DNA from: Eubacteriales bacterium | Lineage (GTDB): Bacteria > Bacillota > Clostridia > Oscillospirales > JAAYXM01 | DNA length: 49,762 nucleotides | NCBI GenBank assembly: GCA_045649265.1 | Contig: JAZRPO010000075.1 | Span: 1-49,762 of the forward strand | Reading direction: 5' to 3' | Shown here: one piece after another, positions 48,338 to 49,762 of the stretch | Numbering within the stretch: position 1 is the stretch's first letter | How the letters are laid out: the number at the start of each line of letters is the position of its first letter | Made by a program: the position numbers and the translations under genes | Notes under the pieces: model-generated | Told to the model about the DNA's origin: nothing | What the model saw: the letters and a program-made list of their open reading frames with translations, nothing else | Database searches by the model: none

Positions 48338-48622
48338 TTACTGAGCAACCGGGTAAATAGAGACCTTCTTGCGGTCACGGCCGAGACGCTCAAAACGAAC
48401 AACACCGTCTGCTGTTGCAAACAATGTATCATCTGAACCGCGGCTAACGTTTGTTCCCGGGTGAATCTTTGTTCCACGCTGACGGACGAGGATGTTACCC
48501 GCGAGAACGAACTGACCGTCCGCACGCTTAACGCCGAGTCGCTTTGACTCAGAGTCACGACCGTTTTTTGTGGAGCCTACGCCCTTTTTATGTGCAAAAA
48601 ACTGAATACTGATTTTAAGCAT
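48338..48622 (-). CDS. rpmA: 50S ribosomal protein L27 with Prp-cleaved N-terminal extension
   Basis: [24 protein letters not shown]. Confidence 0.98.
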   Translation of the reverse strand: MLKISIQFFAHKKGVGSTKNGRDSESKRLGVKRADGQFVLAGNILVRQRGTKIHPGTNVSRGSDDTLFATADGVVRFERLGRDRKKVSIYPVAQ

Positions 48623-48941
48623 TTGACTGCACCTCCAAAACTTTAATGTACTTAGGATACTCCTCAGAAAGAGCTCTCAAATGACGCTCAAATCCGGAAA
48701 GCACCGCTACAGCTTCATTGCTCACGGATGAAACCGCAAGAGCAACTCTTGCCAAATCAGGCTCGACCGAAACATCTGCCGAAAGCTTCAACGAATCGTT
48801 TATTATCGTTTCAGCAAAACCGACGGCACTGGATACCGCGGCGCAAACTATGTCGCTCCCGCTCTCAGCATAGCCGGAATGGCCGGATACGTCAAACCCT
48901 GTTACGATATCGCCATTTTTGATAAGCTTAACCGTGATCAT
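48615..48941 (-). CDS. prp: Ribosomal-processing cysteine protease Prp
   Basis: [16 protein letters not shown]; lies between rplU and rpmA. Confidence 0.95.
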   Translation of the reverse strand: MITVKLIKNGDIVTGFDVSGHSGYAESGSDIVCAAVSSAVGFAETIINDSLKLSADVSVEPDLARVALAVSSVSNEAVAVLSGFERHLRALSEEYPKYIKVLEVQSNA

Positions 48942-48944
48942 AAC

Positions 48945-49253
48945 TTAAACGCTGATCTTTTCAATAGAAAGCTTTGTATACGGCTGACGATGTCCCTGGC
49001 GACGACGGTAGTTCTTCTTCGCCTTGAACTTGAAGACAAGAATCTTCTTAGACTTGCCGTTCTTAATAAGCTTTGCAGTAACCTTTGCGCCTTCAACGTT
49101 CGGTGTGCCTACTGTAACGTTGTCGCCGTCGATTGTCATGAGAACGTTGTCAAACTCAACTGTATCGCCCTCAAAATCGAGCTTCTCAACATAGATAACA
49201 TCGCCCTCGGAAACCTTATACTGCTTGCCACCTGTGACAAAAATTGCCTGCAT
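48945..49253 (-). CDS. rplU: 50S ribosomal protein L21
   Basis: [15 protein letters not shown]. Start at ATG 49253 after GAGGTG. Confidence 0.98.
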   Translation of the reverse strand: MQAIFVTGGKQYKVSEGDVIYVEKLDFEGDTVEFDNVLMTIDGDNVTVGTPNVEGAKVTAKLIKNGKSKKILVFKFKAKKNYRRRQGHRQPYTKLSIEKISV

Positions 49254-49337
49254 TTTGTTGCACCTCTCTCTCATATTTTAGAGTCTCGCTCTTGTAGGCG
49301 TGCATGCCGCAACTTCTTTTGCCCACTCAACGCGGTT
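49254..49337 (-). promoter_or_regulatory. 5' leader of rplU, possibly an L21 leader
   Basis: About 80-nt untranslated leader with pairing potential, at the position where Firmicutes carry the L21 leader. Confidence 0.4.
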
Positions 49338-49342
49338 TTATC

Positions 49343-49371
49343 ATTTTACCACTAACAAAAGCAAATGTCAA
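49343..49371 (-). promoter_or_regulatory. SigA promoter of rplU-prp-rpmA
   Basis: TTGACA-17-TAAAAT with extended TG. Confidence 0.85.
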
Positions 49372-49388
49372 CAATTTTGACAAAAATT

Positions 49389-49762
49389 TTATCTGAATTC
49401 CTTTAATTGGCTATCAAATATATTTGTATGCGAAATTTCGCAGAATGACGGGGATAACTCCGGCTCATACTTTTCTATCGCTTTTAAGAGATACTCAGGA
49501 TTCAGCGCCGATGCACCCGCGGCAAGAACTGCGCACACCTTTACCTCTCCGCAATCCTCCGAAGCCTTAAGTGTTTTTATCAGCGGCACAATATCAGTTT
49601 CACACTCACCGCGCTTGCTGCGTTTTATAACAATCAGCTCATTCCGCGAAAAAAGCGCGTTAATTCTCCCTGAAATTCCGCAAGTTGCCCCGTCATCATA
49701 CTTAAGCGACATGCAAAACTCAGAATATGCAATATCACGCACAGGACGCCCGCCCTCATATG
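49389..49762 (-). CDS. C-terminal part of a DUF2344 / TIGR03936-type radical SAM-associated protein (5' end outside the window)
   Basis: Frame open to the right edge; IVIKRSKRG...DIVPLI...LAAG...LNPEYLL; position upstream of rplU is usual in Clostridia. Confidence 0.65.
   Translation of the reverse strand, partial: YEGGRPVRDIAYSEFCMSLKYDDGATCGISGRINALFSRNELIVIKRSKRGECETDIVPLIKTLKASEDCGEVKVCAVLAAGASALNPEYLLKAIEKYEPELSPSFCEISHTNIFDSQLKEFR

Overview
Core-genome window from a Clostridia-type (Oscillospirales-like) bacterium that probably forms spores. No phage, IS element, CRISPR array, rRNA or tRNA was seen. From left to right: (1) An arginine operon on the minus strand (argC-argJ-argB-argD-argF-carB), probably ArgR-controlled. 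Its carB frame runs without a stop into a DapF-fold domain whose first catalytic Cys is replaced by Ala, and no carA precedes carB. (2) A three-gene PqqD/RRE + S24/S26 peptidase + YgjV-like operon, and a DUF4830-like gene. (3) A plus-strand block: SAM methyltransferase, ecfA1-ecfA2-ecfT-truA, DUF5711-like, CvpA-like, pgsA, ClpE-like ATPase, ArsC/Spx-like, Cof HAD. (4) pgi, mreB/mbl, comF, recD2 and a COG2426 gene on the minus strand. (5) A small sporulation-type cluster with an unannotated 34-aa Cys/Asn-rich peptide. (6) The complete S10-spc-alpha ribosomal supercluster, obgE, rplU-prp-rpmA and a truncated DUF2344 gene. The best leads are the CarB-pseudo-DapF fusion with eroded putative CarA contacts, two candidate C-rich small RNAs (about 23.5 kb and 29.1 kb) and the orphan RRE-peptidase operon. 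All family calls come from motifs recognised by eye, not from database searches.
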